A DNA stretch of 63,603 nucleotides, filler included, from Welwitschia mirabilis (lineage: Eukaryota): NCBI GenBank assembly GCA_051453625.1. It is 7 parts of one record of this genome, joined end to end, with 100 filler letters (N's around TTAATTAATTAA, not from the genome) between each part and the next. Parts side by side here need not be neighbours in the genome. Positions count along the whole stretch, not along the records: positions 1 to 21,166 come from JBOZIK010000001.1; 6 more parts are not named here. One strand, written 5' to 3'. This document shows, piece after piece, positions 1-11,949 of the stretch (position 1 is the stretch's first letter; the number at the start of each line of letters is the position of its first letter). Below the pieces are notes generated by a model. That model ran no database searches and was not told the origin of the DNA. It saw nothing but the letters and a program-made list of their open reading frames with translations. The translations under genes and the position numbers were made by a program.

Positions 1-699
1 AAGGGAGAGAAAAGACAATTTACTAATGCATCCAAGTACTTTAGAATAGTGTACATGATGTGTGGATTAATAAAATAATACAATTTACCATCACCCTCTA
101 TTAGCCATTGGTGGTTAAGATGTGGATCCTACAATTCCTCCTCTCTACTTCCATGTCCATGGCATGGGATAGAATTCCTCCTTCCTCTTAATGATGTCCC
201 TTCTTCTTGTATGCATTGTCTACTATGTTTTTGGATATAGTGATCATTCTCAGCCATCTTCCTCCATCATCTCCCATTATCACAGGCATGGATCCCCTCT
301 TACTTATGGAGTAGTCCCCTTATCTACTTGAGAATTCTTCCCTTATCCCAACCTTTTCTTCTTTCTCTATTCCTTTTTCTTCTTTCACTTTTTCTTATCT
401 TTCCTCACCTTCCTTGCCTTTCTTCCTTTACCACCTCATCTCCTACCTTGGATCCATGTCTGGAAATGCAAAAGGACATTAGCAAGGACATGTAGGGATA
501 CATATAAAATAAATACATCAGTGGAAACATGTAGGACACAAGTATCAAATAGAAGATAATGGAAATATAGCCCTATGCATATTGTAGTTTTACATTAACC
601 ATTGCATTAAACCTTAAGAGAGGCATAAGTATGAACTTAATATCTTTTTGTCATTAGATTATAGATAATTCATAGAAATACATATGATCAGATTAGAAG

Positions 700-1301
700 T
701 AGGTCCAAAATTCATTTTCAACCCTCTCTTGTATTTGTTAATGCACTACGCAGTAAGATAAGTCTTTGCAATTATTTTTTAGTCCCTCTTTTATGATCTT
801 TCTCACAAATCTCATTTTCAATTCATTTCTCAATCTAACATTAATTTCCTTTACCTTTTATCTCTTCCTCTCTAGCATTCTTCTATTTATTCTCTATTCT
901 AGTACTATTTTTTTAGGAAAAATAAGTGGAATATAGGAAACTTTCATTAAAGAAGGAATTTTTGGCTCAGTTTTGGACATGTATGCTCAATTCTACCTGG
1001 CNNNNNNNNNNCTAAAATAGGTTAATGCATTCTAAAAGGTGCTCAAATTTTACAAAAATGTTGCAATTGATGATGAACGTCCTTAGGTAATCCATTCTCA
1101 TATACACCACACTTCCTTTTCAATTTCTTTAGTTGATTTTAAAGTTGTTCTAGGAGTGGAATATTTAGAGCATTTTCCATTTACTTTAGTTAAAACTCTA
1201 GAATATTGTTGTCATGCCTTAGATATAGAATATGCACCCAACAAATAAGAAGTTTTGCTTATAACTTCTTACATAAAAGCCAACTTAATTTATTTTTCTT
1301 T
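700..1301 (+). pseudogene. Diverged duplicate of the Athila-type extra (env-like) ORF region at 1965-2590
   Basis: Aligns by eye with 1965-2590 (aggtccaaaattcatt...acataaaa.ccaactt) with many substitutions and stops; ends at an N gap. Confidence 0.7.
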
Positions 1302-2187
1302 NNNNNNNNNNNNNNNNNNNNNNNNNNNNNNNNNNNNNNNNNNNNNNNNNNNNNNNNNNNNNNNNNNNNNNNNNNNNNNNNNNNNNNNNNNNNNNNNNNN
1401 NTGTGTTTACTCTATTTAACATTTGTTTTTAAGAAGTTCTTATTGATTTTTAGACTTTTACGAGTTTACTTAATGAATATCTTACTTGTTTAACATTTTG
1501 ATCCATTAAAATACAAATAAAACGCACCCAAAAAAAAAACAAGTAAAGCAGTTATGGACCTAAGTCTTTTGTTTTTTGCATTTACAAGGATTAATGGTTG
1601 ATGTTTATTTCCCATCACATTTTGCATTTGTTTCATCCATTTGCATTGCTAATTTTGCCCCTTTGTTCTATGAGAAAACACATCTAGAAACACAATTGTG
1701 TTTGTTATGAAACGACCTTTTGGTTCATGCCTTAATTCATAACTAATAAATCCAAGTAGTTGATGAAACTTGACAATTCTACAGTCCTCATTCACCTTCA
1801 TTTCTATAAAAACCTACAACTCCCTTTTGATTTCACTCTTCCCACAAGCTCAATTCTTCTTCTGCTTTGTCTCCAGCCCTCAGTTGAATCGCAAGTATTG
1901 ACTCTACAAACAGCTAGCAGCAGCACTTGTCTTCACTGTTGTCATTACCCTTTCATCACAAATCAGGTCCAAAATTCATTCTTAACCCTCTCTTGTGTCT
2001 GTCAATCCATTACGCAACAAGCTGTGTCTTTGCAATTATTTTTTAGTCCATCTTTTATAATCTTTCTCACAAATCTTAATTTTTAATTCACTTATCAAAT
2101 CTAACATTAATTTCTTTCACTTTTTCTCTCCTCCTCTCTAGCATTCTTCTATTTCTTCTTTATTCTGTTAATAACTTTTCAGAAAAC

Positions 2188-2794
2188 ATGAGTGAAATAT
2201 AGGGAACTTTCATTAAAGAAGGAATTTTTAGCTCATTTTTTGATATGTATGCTCCATTCTACCTAGCAATAATCAAACTTAGAGGATGGAACTACTTGCT
2301 AAAAGAGGTCCATGCATTCTAAAAGGTGCTTAAATTCTACAAAAATGCTACAACTGATGATGAAGACCCTTAGGTAATCCATTCTCATATACACAACTTC
2401 CTTTTCAATTTCTTTAGCTGATTCTAAAGTTGTTTTAGGAGTGGAACCTGTAGAGCATTGTTCATCTACTTTAGTTAAAACTCTAACAATATTTTTATCA
2501 TGCCTTACATATAGAATATGCACCCAACAAAGAAGGAGTTTTACTTGTAAATTTTTACATAAAAACCAACTTACTTTATTTTGCTTTATTACTCGTAACG
2601 TTCTACCTAATTCTCATGTCAGAGATGCCTATAGTAGCCACCTAGACCTCATTAGAATTATCCAAGAAAACAAACCTATTGACATTGCCAAATTTCTATT
2701 TAGGACCATCATCAACCATGCAAGACATATAACTAACATTCTATTATCCTCCCTGATTTTAATATTATATGTAATAACTTGTCCTAAACCTTGA
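2188..2794 (+). pseudogene. Retrotransposon extra ORF remnant (Athila env-like / plant transposon protein type)
   Basis: Frameshifted translation gives RGWNYLL...VLKFYKNA...FITRNVLPNSH...IIQENKPIDIAKFLF; lies upstream of an Athila-type PPT/LTR; TATAAAA at 1805-1811. Confidence 0.6.
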
Positions 2795-4334
2795 ATTGTA
2801 AAGGTTGAATGGAAGTTTACATTGACATCATCACTTCTTGGAAAAAAAACCCAAGTCCAAAAGTGCAGGAATATAGATTGGATTCCAAGGCAATAAACAT
2901 AGCAGCATGAAGAATAGTACTATCTTGACCAAAAAGAAGAAATACAATGTAACCCTTCTCTTGTTTATACTATTCCTTTGTATGTTACTTCTTATGGACC
3001 TCCAATAGCTCGGCATAAAGGTAAAGAGCCTATTATAGAGACTTCTAATCCTCCTTCTTTTTCCCTTCCTCTCATCATCCACATAATCCTATTCTTCTCC
3101 CACTGAGACATTTCTTAAATAGGTGTCAAGAGAAAACAAGACTTAGATCAATAAATTATTTGGGGTGTGGTTGCCTAATACTAAAAGAACATCTTATGCA
3201 AATGGCATAAAATGGATGAAAAATTAGAAAGACTAATTTCTCATAGATGATTATTTGGTTAAAATTTCACTTTTCTTGTATGCATGCTAGTTTAACTTTT
3301 GCATTATAGTGTTTTTTAAGTTTGTAGAGTAATAAAAATACATGTAATGAAAATTTTTCTTTTCAAAACTTTGAGATGTTCTCAAGTATTCAATTTTTTT
3401 TATCATATAAACTTTAAGGACAANNNNNNNNNNNNNNNNNNNNNNNNNNNNNNNNNNNNNNNNNNNNNNNNNNNNNNNNNNNNNNNNNNNNNNNNNNNNN
3501 NNNNNNNNNNNNNNNNNNNNNNNNNNNNNNNNNNNNNNNNNNNNNNNNNNNNNNNNNNNNNNNNNNNNNNNNNNNNNNNNNNNNNNNNNNNNNNNNNNNN
3601 NNNNNNNNNNNNNNNNNNNNNNNNNNNNNNNNNNNNNNNNNNNNNNNNNNNNNNNNNNNNNNNNNNNNNNNNNNNNNNNNNNNNNNNNNNNNNNNNNNNN
3701 NNNNNNNNNNNNNNNNNNNNNNNNNNNNNNNNNNNNNNNNNNNNNNNNNNNNNNNNNNNNNNNNNNNNNNNNNNNNNNNNNNNNNNNTATTGGTAAGGGG
3801 TATGGCATCCATTTTTCACAGAATTTTTTAAATTTTGATACCTTAATTTCAAAAGTTGTATCATTAATACATACTTAAACATTTTTCTCTAGAATTTTTA
3901 CATGTTAAATCATACTTTCTCCCAATTTCGATTAATAATCTAGGAAAATTCTAGTTAGGGGATGTGATAACATGTAAAAATGGCCATTTAGATCAAGTAT
4001 ATTTGATCACTTTAGGTTATAGAAGACATTAAAATAGATTTTTTATCATAAAATTATGTCTTTGATCATTTTAAAAATAATTTAAAAAATTATGCACTTT
4101 CCCATGACAATTCCAAGTAAAATTCTTCTNNNNNNNNNNNNNNNNNNNNNNNNNNNNNNNNNNNNNNNNNNNNNNNNNNNNNNNNNNNNNNNNNNNNNNN
4201 NNNNNNNNNNNNNNNNNNNNNNNNNNNNNATCATTAATATATACTTAAACATTTTTCTCTAGAATTTTTACATGTTAAATCATACTTTCTCGCAATTTTG
4301 ATTAAGAATCTAGTAAAATTCTAGTTAGGGGATG

Positions 4335-5588
4335 TGATAACATGTAAAAATCGCCATTTAGATCAAGTATATTTGATCACTTTAGCTTATAGAAGACATT
4401 AAAATAGATTTTTTATCATAAAATTATGTCTTTGATCATTTTAAATATAATTTAAAAAATTATGCACTTTCCCATGACAATTCCAAGTAAAATTCTTCTA
4501 GATGACATATCAAAATTTGAAGACAATTAGTACAAAAATCTAGCATCATCATCTAGGTCACCAATTCCACTAGTTATTTAGAACAAAACACTTTAAGAGC
4601 TATGTTCTGGAGTCATCTGGGGGAAGCGATCAGTTTTCATGGATGAGATTGGTGGTTACGGCATCAAACTTCAANNNNNNNNNNNNNNNNNNNNNNNNNN
4701 NNNNNNNNNNNNNNNNNNNNNNNNNNNNNNNNNNNNNNNNNNNNNNNNNNNNNNNNNNNNNNNNNNNNNNNNNNACATTATGTAGTTGTAAAGGTGTCCA
4801 ATTTCTAATTGAAAACCCTAAAATGTAAAAACCTAGTCCAAGAATCCTATCCCTATTTTTGGCTTATAAAAAGGGCGAAGAATCTCATTTGTGAAAATAT
4901 TTAACTAGCGAAAATAATTGGAACCCTTAGAGTGTCAATCATTAACATTAATTCTAAGCTCCACCTTTGGGAATGGGCTAGTTCACTTTCTTCCTTCCTT
5001 GTGATGTAATTTTTGCATTTTTATGTAATAGTAGTTATACATCATTGGTTTAAGTTTCAACTAATATTATACTTTTAATACTTAAATGAGACTACATTGT
5101 TAAGAAATTTTATTTAACAAGTGAGTTTTTTGAGTTCACTTCTTGATTGTAGTCACGTTGTTTAATGGATATTAAACATTTTTATTCTTGCTTTCCATGC
5201 TTTCATTAGGCTATGAAGGACCAAAGTGAGTAGGGAATTCATAAACACTCATGTGGCGAATGAGATTATGTCACCACAATCTAAGCCATAATGACTTAAT
5301 AATCTAAGGCTTATTTTAAGAATTTATAGTATATTATGAAAGAGAAGATTTAGTTATTTGATGATTTAGGTTAGACCTTTGGTGTTAGCTCATTTCCCTA
5401 CTTCATCATCAAAGTTCACTTTCATCTGGCTCTTGATTATTAGTTTGTTTTGAATCGTTACAAGATAGAGAATTTTGTATTGTTATTAATTAGTTTTTAC
5501 CTAGATGTATATCTATGGAAAGAATGACATCGAGACTCTACTATAAAGAGGATCTTAGTTTATAAATTATAAAAGCTAGACACAAATA
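4335..5588 (+). mobile_element. Athila-like LTR with upstream PPT and downstream tRNA-Asp-type PBS
   Basis: ctagttagggga then TGATAAC start; degenerate PBS TGGTATTATTGCTAGGAA at 5595-5612 is TGGCGCCGTTGCCGGGGA after C>T/G>A decay; 3' part homologous to about 12000-12347. Confidence 0.65.
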
Positions 5589-6699
5589 GCTTTTTGGTAT
5601 TATTGCTAGGAATAATGGCATGGTAGCTTCAAAAAAAGCACATAATTTTTTCTTTCTAATAATTCTAGTTTATTTTTTAGTTTTTTTTAATCACTTTCAA
5701 TGGTTGGTACTAGTCCCTTCCACTGTTATGTGAACTGGTCTGCTTTCTTTTTAGCATTTTTTTCATTTTGTACTTTCTAGTGGTGGGTACTAACCCATAT
5801 CTAGTGGTACTCGAACCGGTCCATTTCTAAATTTTATTTAGTTTTCATTCTAACATTAAATATAATTTTTGTGTTAGATCTTATGTGGTTGCAGCTCTAA
5901 TAAAATTTCTATAGGTCTTGAATTTTCTATAGTTTTGTAATATAAAAAATAAAAAATTCACTCTTTTTTCATCTTTTCTTTTTTGTAATTTTTCATTATA
6001 GTAGTTAGTTTCTATTTTCAGTGCATTTTAGTTTTTCCATTAAAAATACTGAAAAGAAGAATTTTTTAAGGATTTGTTTGCTTATGTTTTATTTTCAAAG
6101 TCACTATTGTTTCATTTTTTGTTGTTCATTTTCTGAATCCCACAACCTGAACCATTTTATGTAGTGCTTTTGACCATCATAACTTTTTCTTGAATCAAAA
6201 CATGCTAAACAAATAGCAATCTCTTCCCCTTAAGGATATTCAATAATACAACAACACCACATGCCCACAGGCACTCAGAAAAGCACATCCATATAAGGGT
6301 TGCCTTATTATATGGAACCCTAGCAAAGGATTCTTATGTTTGATAATAAGAAATGGACTGTACAAGAGTATTCAAGAATATGATAGTCCAAGAATTTGAT
6401 TTCCAATGAATAACTGACAACAAATGAATCAGCAAGCCTAAATGATATGCCTTTGATGGAGAGCTTGAGTTTTTTCTTGTTGTCGTTACCCATAAGTGCT
6501 AAAGAGCGATGCAATCTTATAGGATCCAATGAACAAAGATGTAATCACTTGAAAGTTCCTCGCAAATGATAGTTTGATGCTTTATGAATAGATCCAATTA
6601 CTCGTCGATTTATGGATGAATATATTCATTCCTTTGTTCATTAAGATCTGTTTATCAAGTTGTTCCTTTATGCCTTTTGAAGAAATTCTAGATATTTAA

Positions 6700-7404
6700 C
6701 CTTAGAAGATAGATGTTTGAACTTTGTAACTATCATGCAGTGAATAGAAATGATTGGGCGTTGAGTACGCAATGTCTATTTTATTTGTCGTGAACTTTCT
6801 ACATAGATGTCTTCAGGATGGTAGACTTTTACTGTCAATCAGACATCTTCAACCTGGGAGACATCTTTAACCAAGGTGCCCAAAACTTGATGAAATTTGA
6901 ACTATAAAATCATTGACCCTTAATGATTATATATTTGTAATGCAAAATCTAATAGCTTCTTTTGAATGTAACTGATTCATCAAAGTACAAATTGTCCCTA
7001 TTACCTTTTCTAGTTCATTATAGATATCTTCAGCTATATAGATGTCTTTCATCTATGTCAGATCCATCCTTTAGTATAGTCATCTTCATTAAGATAAACG
7101 TCTTTTACCTGTGATTGAAAACTTTGTCTAGCATAAACGTCTTTAATTTTATAGACATCTTCACTATAAACGTCTTTAGATATGCAAACATCTCCTCCAT
7201 AGACGTCTTCAAATCTGCAGACATCTTTAGTCAGTTATGATTTGACATTTTGAACTGTGAGTTTGACCTTTTGTGGGATTTGAGGTTTTAGGTTTAACAT
7301 AGACTTATTCTTTTCGTGATTTGGTTTTCTCCATATTGACTTATCTACACAATAACACAATATATTTAACAGGTGGAATCATTAAAACTAAACTTTTAGC
7401 AACA
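6700..7404 (-). mobile_element. SIRE-like copia LTR fragment with repeated agacgtctt palindromic motifs
   Basis: About a dozen degenerate (a)gacgtctt copies at 6700-7230; minus-strand start TGTTGCTAAAAGTTTAGTTTTAATGAT resembles the other SIRE-like LTR starts here; left boundary uncertain. Confidence 0.55.
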
Positions 7405-8087
7405 CATCAACTAGTGGTTTGGAAAGTATGGGGACTCACATTTAGATAGATTCTAAGGAGGAATCAGAGCCACAAGAGACTCATGCACCTCGATAGATAG
7501 GGTATGATTCATGGTGAGTAGGGAAATCAAAGGAATCAAGTTGAAGCACGTAGAGGCAAAATCTGGATAAAGCTTGAACAGATATGGACTAAAAGACAGC
7601 TACAATCCCCTCTTAGAGGCACACCACAAACCTGGTTTTCATTGCAGATTCATTTTGTTTTCCAATAAGTAATTTATGTTCGACAGCTTTCTTAGAAATT
7701 TTATAACCTACTTTAGATAGATACAACCTCCTAATTATTTTTCATTAGTTAGAATGATAACAATGATTATTGCACAATGAGAATACCTGTACGTGAGTCA
7801 TGAAATCAGGTGACTATTTATGAGTCTGATTGCTTTATTTAGAAAGCTAATTGACGTTATTTGGAACCGGATCCTAGATTTGTGGATTCGTTACGCGCCA
7901 ACTCTGGCATTGAAACTTTGTATTTAAAAAGCTTAAGATCAGTAAAATCTGTGAGCTGCTTTTATGGAAACAGCGACTGCTACAAATCGCTCATTCCCTC
8001 GAATATATGAGGCCAAATGAACCCTGAGCACCGGGACAGAGCCAAAATGACCAATAGACTTATTGTAGTATTTGATACTACACAGAC

Positions 8088-8159
8088 AGCTCCCAGCGAG
8101 GATCGAACTCGCGACCTTTCGCTTACGAAGCGAACGCACTACCACTATGCTATGGAAGC
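8088..8159 (-). tRNA. tRNA-Thr(CGU), nuclear type, no intron
   Basis: GCTTCCATAGCATAGTGGTAGTGCGTTCGCTTCGTAAGCGAAAGGTCGCGAGTTCGATCCTCGCTGGGAGCT: 7-bp acceptor stem, A box, TTCGC/GCGAA anticodon stem with CGT, B box GAGTTCGATCC; TTTT about 40 nt downstream (8044-8047). Confidence 0.97.
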
Positions 8160-8349
8160 AACGGATGAAAGTAACTCCGTGACCTTCGAACACATAACTT
8201 AGCATAGTGGCCGAGGTGAACATTATGACGTGTGATTGTGCATGTGTCGCTGCAGCTCCAAAAATAAGCGACTTACTTCCTATGTACGACCCCTGTGATC
8301 CGCTTACTCTTCACAGATGAGTCGTAGTAACGCTTGTGGGTAATGATGA

Positions 8350-11300
8350 ATCATCTGGATATTCATATTGCGACATGACATGCTTCGACGGCATTTCTTC
8401 GAGCACAAGTTCCCCTCATCTTCCATTGCTAGATAATTCTCGGTACAGCTTTACAGGCTTCCTCGTCAATCGNNNNNNNNNNNNNNNNNNNNNNNNNNNN
8501 NNNNNNNNNNNNNNNNNNNNNNNNNNNNNNNNNNNNNNNNNNNNNNNNNNNNNNNNNNNNNNNNNNNNNNNNNNNNNNNNNNNNNNNNNNNNNNNNNNNN
8601 NNNNNNNNNNNNNNNNNNNNNNNNNNNNNNNNNNNNNNNNNNNNNNNNNNNNNNNNNNNNNNNNNNNNNNNNNNNNNNNNNNNNNNNNNNNNNNNNNNNN
8701 NNNNNNNNNNNNNNNNNNNNNNNNNNNNNNNNNNNNNNNNNNNNNNNNNNNNNNNNNNNNNNNNNNNNNNNNNNNNNNNNNNNNNNNNNNNNNNNNNNNN
8801 NNNNNNNNNNNNNNNNNNNNNNNNNNNNNNNNNNNNNNNNNNNNNNNNNNNNNNNNNNNNNNNNNNNNNNNNNNNNNNNNNNNNNNNNNNNNNNNNNNNN
8901 NNNNNNNNNNNNNNNNNNNNNNNNNNNNCATGCAATCTAGCCTAATGGGGTATTAAATTTCTAATTGCATGATGATTCAAATGACATTAGGTCTAATAGC
9001 TTAACCATGCCTCTTGTATCTGAGCCCTAAGTTACAAATGCATGGTAACAACAAAGCAAAATTGTCCTCAACCAACCAAGACATCAATACAAGCTCTAGT
9101 TCCACTTTGTATGTTGTACCATCAATAGCCCACCAAAGGGTAGGTTTGATTTTGGAGCAAGCATATCTCTTGCCTATTGCTTCTAACCAACCCTTTCTCC
9201 TTTACCTAAGCTTGCATCCACTACTTCTCTGACTTAAGCACTCATAGCTCTGGTAGTTAGCACCTAGATGTTTATTGATGATCTCTTAATTAGAAAATCA
9301 TCCCTAACTCAAGGGATCTTCCTCCCTTCCTTGTAGGCACTTCTTCCTTNNNNNNNNNNNNNNNNNNNNNNNNNNNNNNNNNNNNNNNNNNNNNNNNNNN
9401 NNNNNNNNNNNNNNNNNNNNNNNNNNNNNNNNNNNNNNNNNNNNNNNNNNNNNNNNNNNNNNNNNNNNNNNNNNNNNNNNNNNNNNNNNNNNNNNNNNNN
9501 NNNNNNNNNNNNNNNNNNNNNNNNNNNNNNNNNNNNNNNNNNNNNNNNNNNNNNNNNNNNNNNNNNNNNNNNNNNNNNNNNNNNNNNNNNNNNNNNNNNN
9601 NNNNNNNNNNNNNNNNNNNNNNNNNNNNNNNNNNNNNNNNNNNNNNNNNNNNNNNNNNNNNNNNNNNNNNNNNNNNNNNNNNNNNNNNNNNNNNNNNNNN
9701 NNNNNNNNNNNNNNNNNNNNNNNNNNNNNNNNNNNNNNNNNNNNNNNNNNNNNNNNNNNNNNNNNNNNNNNNNNNNNNNNNNNNNNNNNNNNNNNNNNNN
9801 NNNNNNNNNNNNNNNNNNNNNNNNNNNNNNNNNNNNNNNNNNNNNNNNNNNNNNNNNNNNNNNNNNNNNNNNNNNNNNNNNNNNNNNNNNNNNNNNNNNN
9901 NNNNNNNNNNNNNNNNNNNNNNNNNNNNNNNNNNNNNNNNNNNNNNNNNNNNNNNNNNNNNNNNNNNNNNNNNNNNNNNNNNNNNNNNNNNNNNNNNNNN
10001 NNNNNNNNNNNNNNNNNNNNNNNNNNNNNNNNNNNATCATCCCTAACTCAAGGGATCTTCCTCCCTTCCTTGTAGGCACTTCTTCCTTGGCATTGCTTTT
10101 GTGTGTAGTTTCTAGTGCTCATACTTCTCCTTGATGCCCTATCATGTTCTTAAATTAAATATCACCCCTGACTAAAACCATAGCAAGTAGCAAAAGAAGG
10201 TTATGCTTCTTTAACATTGGTTTTAGCAACTTCCTAAGCAAACAATCCCATGTGAATAAAACCTTAAGAAAACCATGCATGTGCTTTTCTTGTGAATCTT
10301 GCACATGCGTTTCTATAAAAAGTATATTGATTTTTCATGTTAATAATACCCTTAGCTAAGACTATCAACATTATGAGGAAATCACATAGTAAGACAAACA
10401 CTACATGTTGCATGCCATAAAACATATTATTGAGAGGTGGAAAATTAATTATTTATTAAAATTAGCTTGTGAATAAGCAAGGTATTTGTTATGAGTTAAA
10501 TGAGTTGAAGTTAATTAATTACGTATTAATTTAAGAATCATATTAGTTAAGATGTTATGATTATCTGTTAAAGGGGTATAACCTTTACAAAGAGTCACAA
10601 TTATAACTTATAATATTTAATCAATGTCAAAGGAGGGTTTACTTAAGCCATAGGGAATTCAATAGGTTGCTTTTCATTCTTAATAAACCTAGCCTTGTTA
10701 CCTATAGTCTTAGAGAAAATAACTACATTATAGACCCTTCTAGCTAGTGTTTCAAGTTAGACTAACCTCTTTGGTAAAGACTCTTTGTGGTTAGAAAGAG
10801 AGGATCTTTGCACTTATTAATAAAATAAATTCATTTTCTTTCTTTCTAGTGTATTTAAATTATGCAAACATTTGTTCTTTCTTTTTATTCTCATCTTGAA
10901 ACATAAACAGAGAAGAACCAGCTTAATGTTAATTATGTTATGTAGCTTCTGGAGCATTTGTTAAATGGATCATGCATGGCTATCAAAGTGCCTTCTAAAG
11001 TTATTCTTCCTCTAGATACCTCTATTGCTCAACTGTAACTACAAAAGTAGGATTGAAAATTTTTCATATAATGTCTTTTCTTTAAATTCTTTTTGGTTCT
11101 TATCTTTATTTTAGTTAGATGGGTAGCTTTGTCATAAGGTTGTCATGTCTTTAGTTTGTTAAAGCATCCTTGTTATTTAGCCCATGTTACCTTGATTTTA
11201 GACTCCTTTTTTTTTTTAATACCAATGAAAATTTCTTTTTGATATTGACATCCTATCATGATTATTAAGGTTATAGAGCATCATATTTGGTATAAAAGAA

Positions 11301-11770
11301 AATAACAATCAAAAAACATTTTTCATAATGTAGGAAAAAAGGATCAAGTAAATTTTATTAAATAAAAAAAAAGCACATGACCATAAGAGTTTCTTTAAGA
11401 AGGTAATGGAGTCGTCATAATTGATTCATAACTAAGTAAGACATTAAAAACAAAAAAATTTGATGACTGGCTAATAAATTTTGAGAGGAATAATTCCTTA
11501 TTAAAGTCACTATTACACTAAGAAGCATGAGCTATCTTGAGAGAGATCTAAAAGATTTGGAATAATTTTATATTCATATCATCAAATATTAAATAATTCA
11601 TAGTAATAACAATTGCTATAGTAATAATTCAAGATCATAATGCATTGAATAAATGGTAATAAGTGCTACTTTGAAACTCACTTCTTGTAATGGAAAGTGA
11701 AAATATCTTTCTTAGGCCAAACAAATCTCTTAGAAGCATAATTCAGGACTCTTTTCATATGACTAATCCT
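8350..11770. repeat. Long degenerate inverted repeat IR-A, centre about 10292
   Basis: Colinear reverse-complement anchors: 10277-84/10301-08, 10217-27/10355-65, 10082-95/10622-35, 9181-89/10788-96, 8357-70/11756-69, allowing for the false 9349-10035 gap. Confidence 0.75.
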
Positions 11771-11949
11771 AGTTTCCCTTTTTAAAATTACATAGAGACA
11801 TTCTTGTAAGTAAGAAAACCTTCCTTAAAGCATCTAATTACTAAGCCACATATTTGTCATCTTGTCCTATGAACAATTGAGAATACAAAATTAGAAGACA
11901 TACATAAAATAAAAGATAAGCCTAATATTCATTTTCAAAACTTTTACTA

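Noticed and set aside
3860-4500. Near-identical direct repeats flanking N gaps (also 9298/10036, 43116/43230, 50735/51128, 52290/52554, 62052/62190)
   Set aside because: Typical unmerged contig overlaps or haplotype artefacts; cannot be called real duplications
6700-7230. CRISPR-like array of short palindromic repeats
   Set aside because: Eukaryotic LTR motifs with irregular spacing; no cas genes
8193-8265. Second tRNA gene on the plus strand starting at the duplicated A box
   Set aside because: No B box and no cloverleaf
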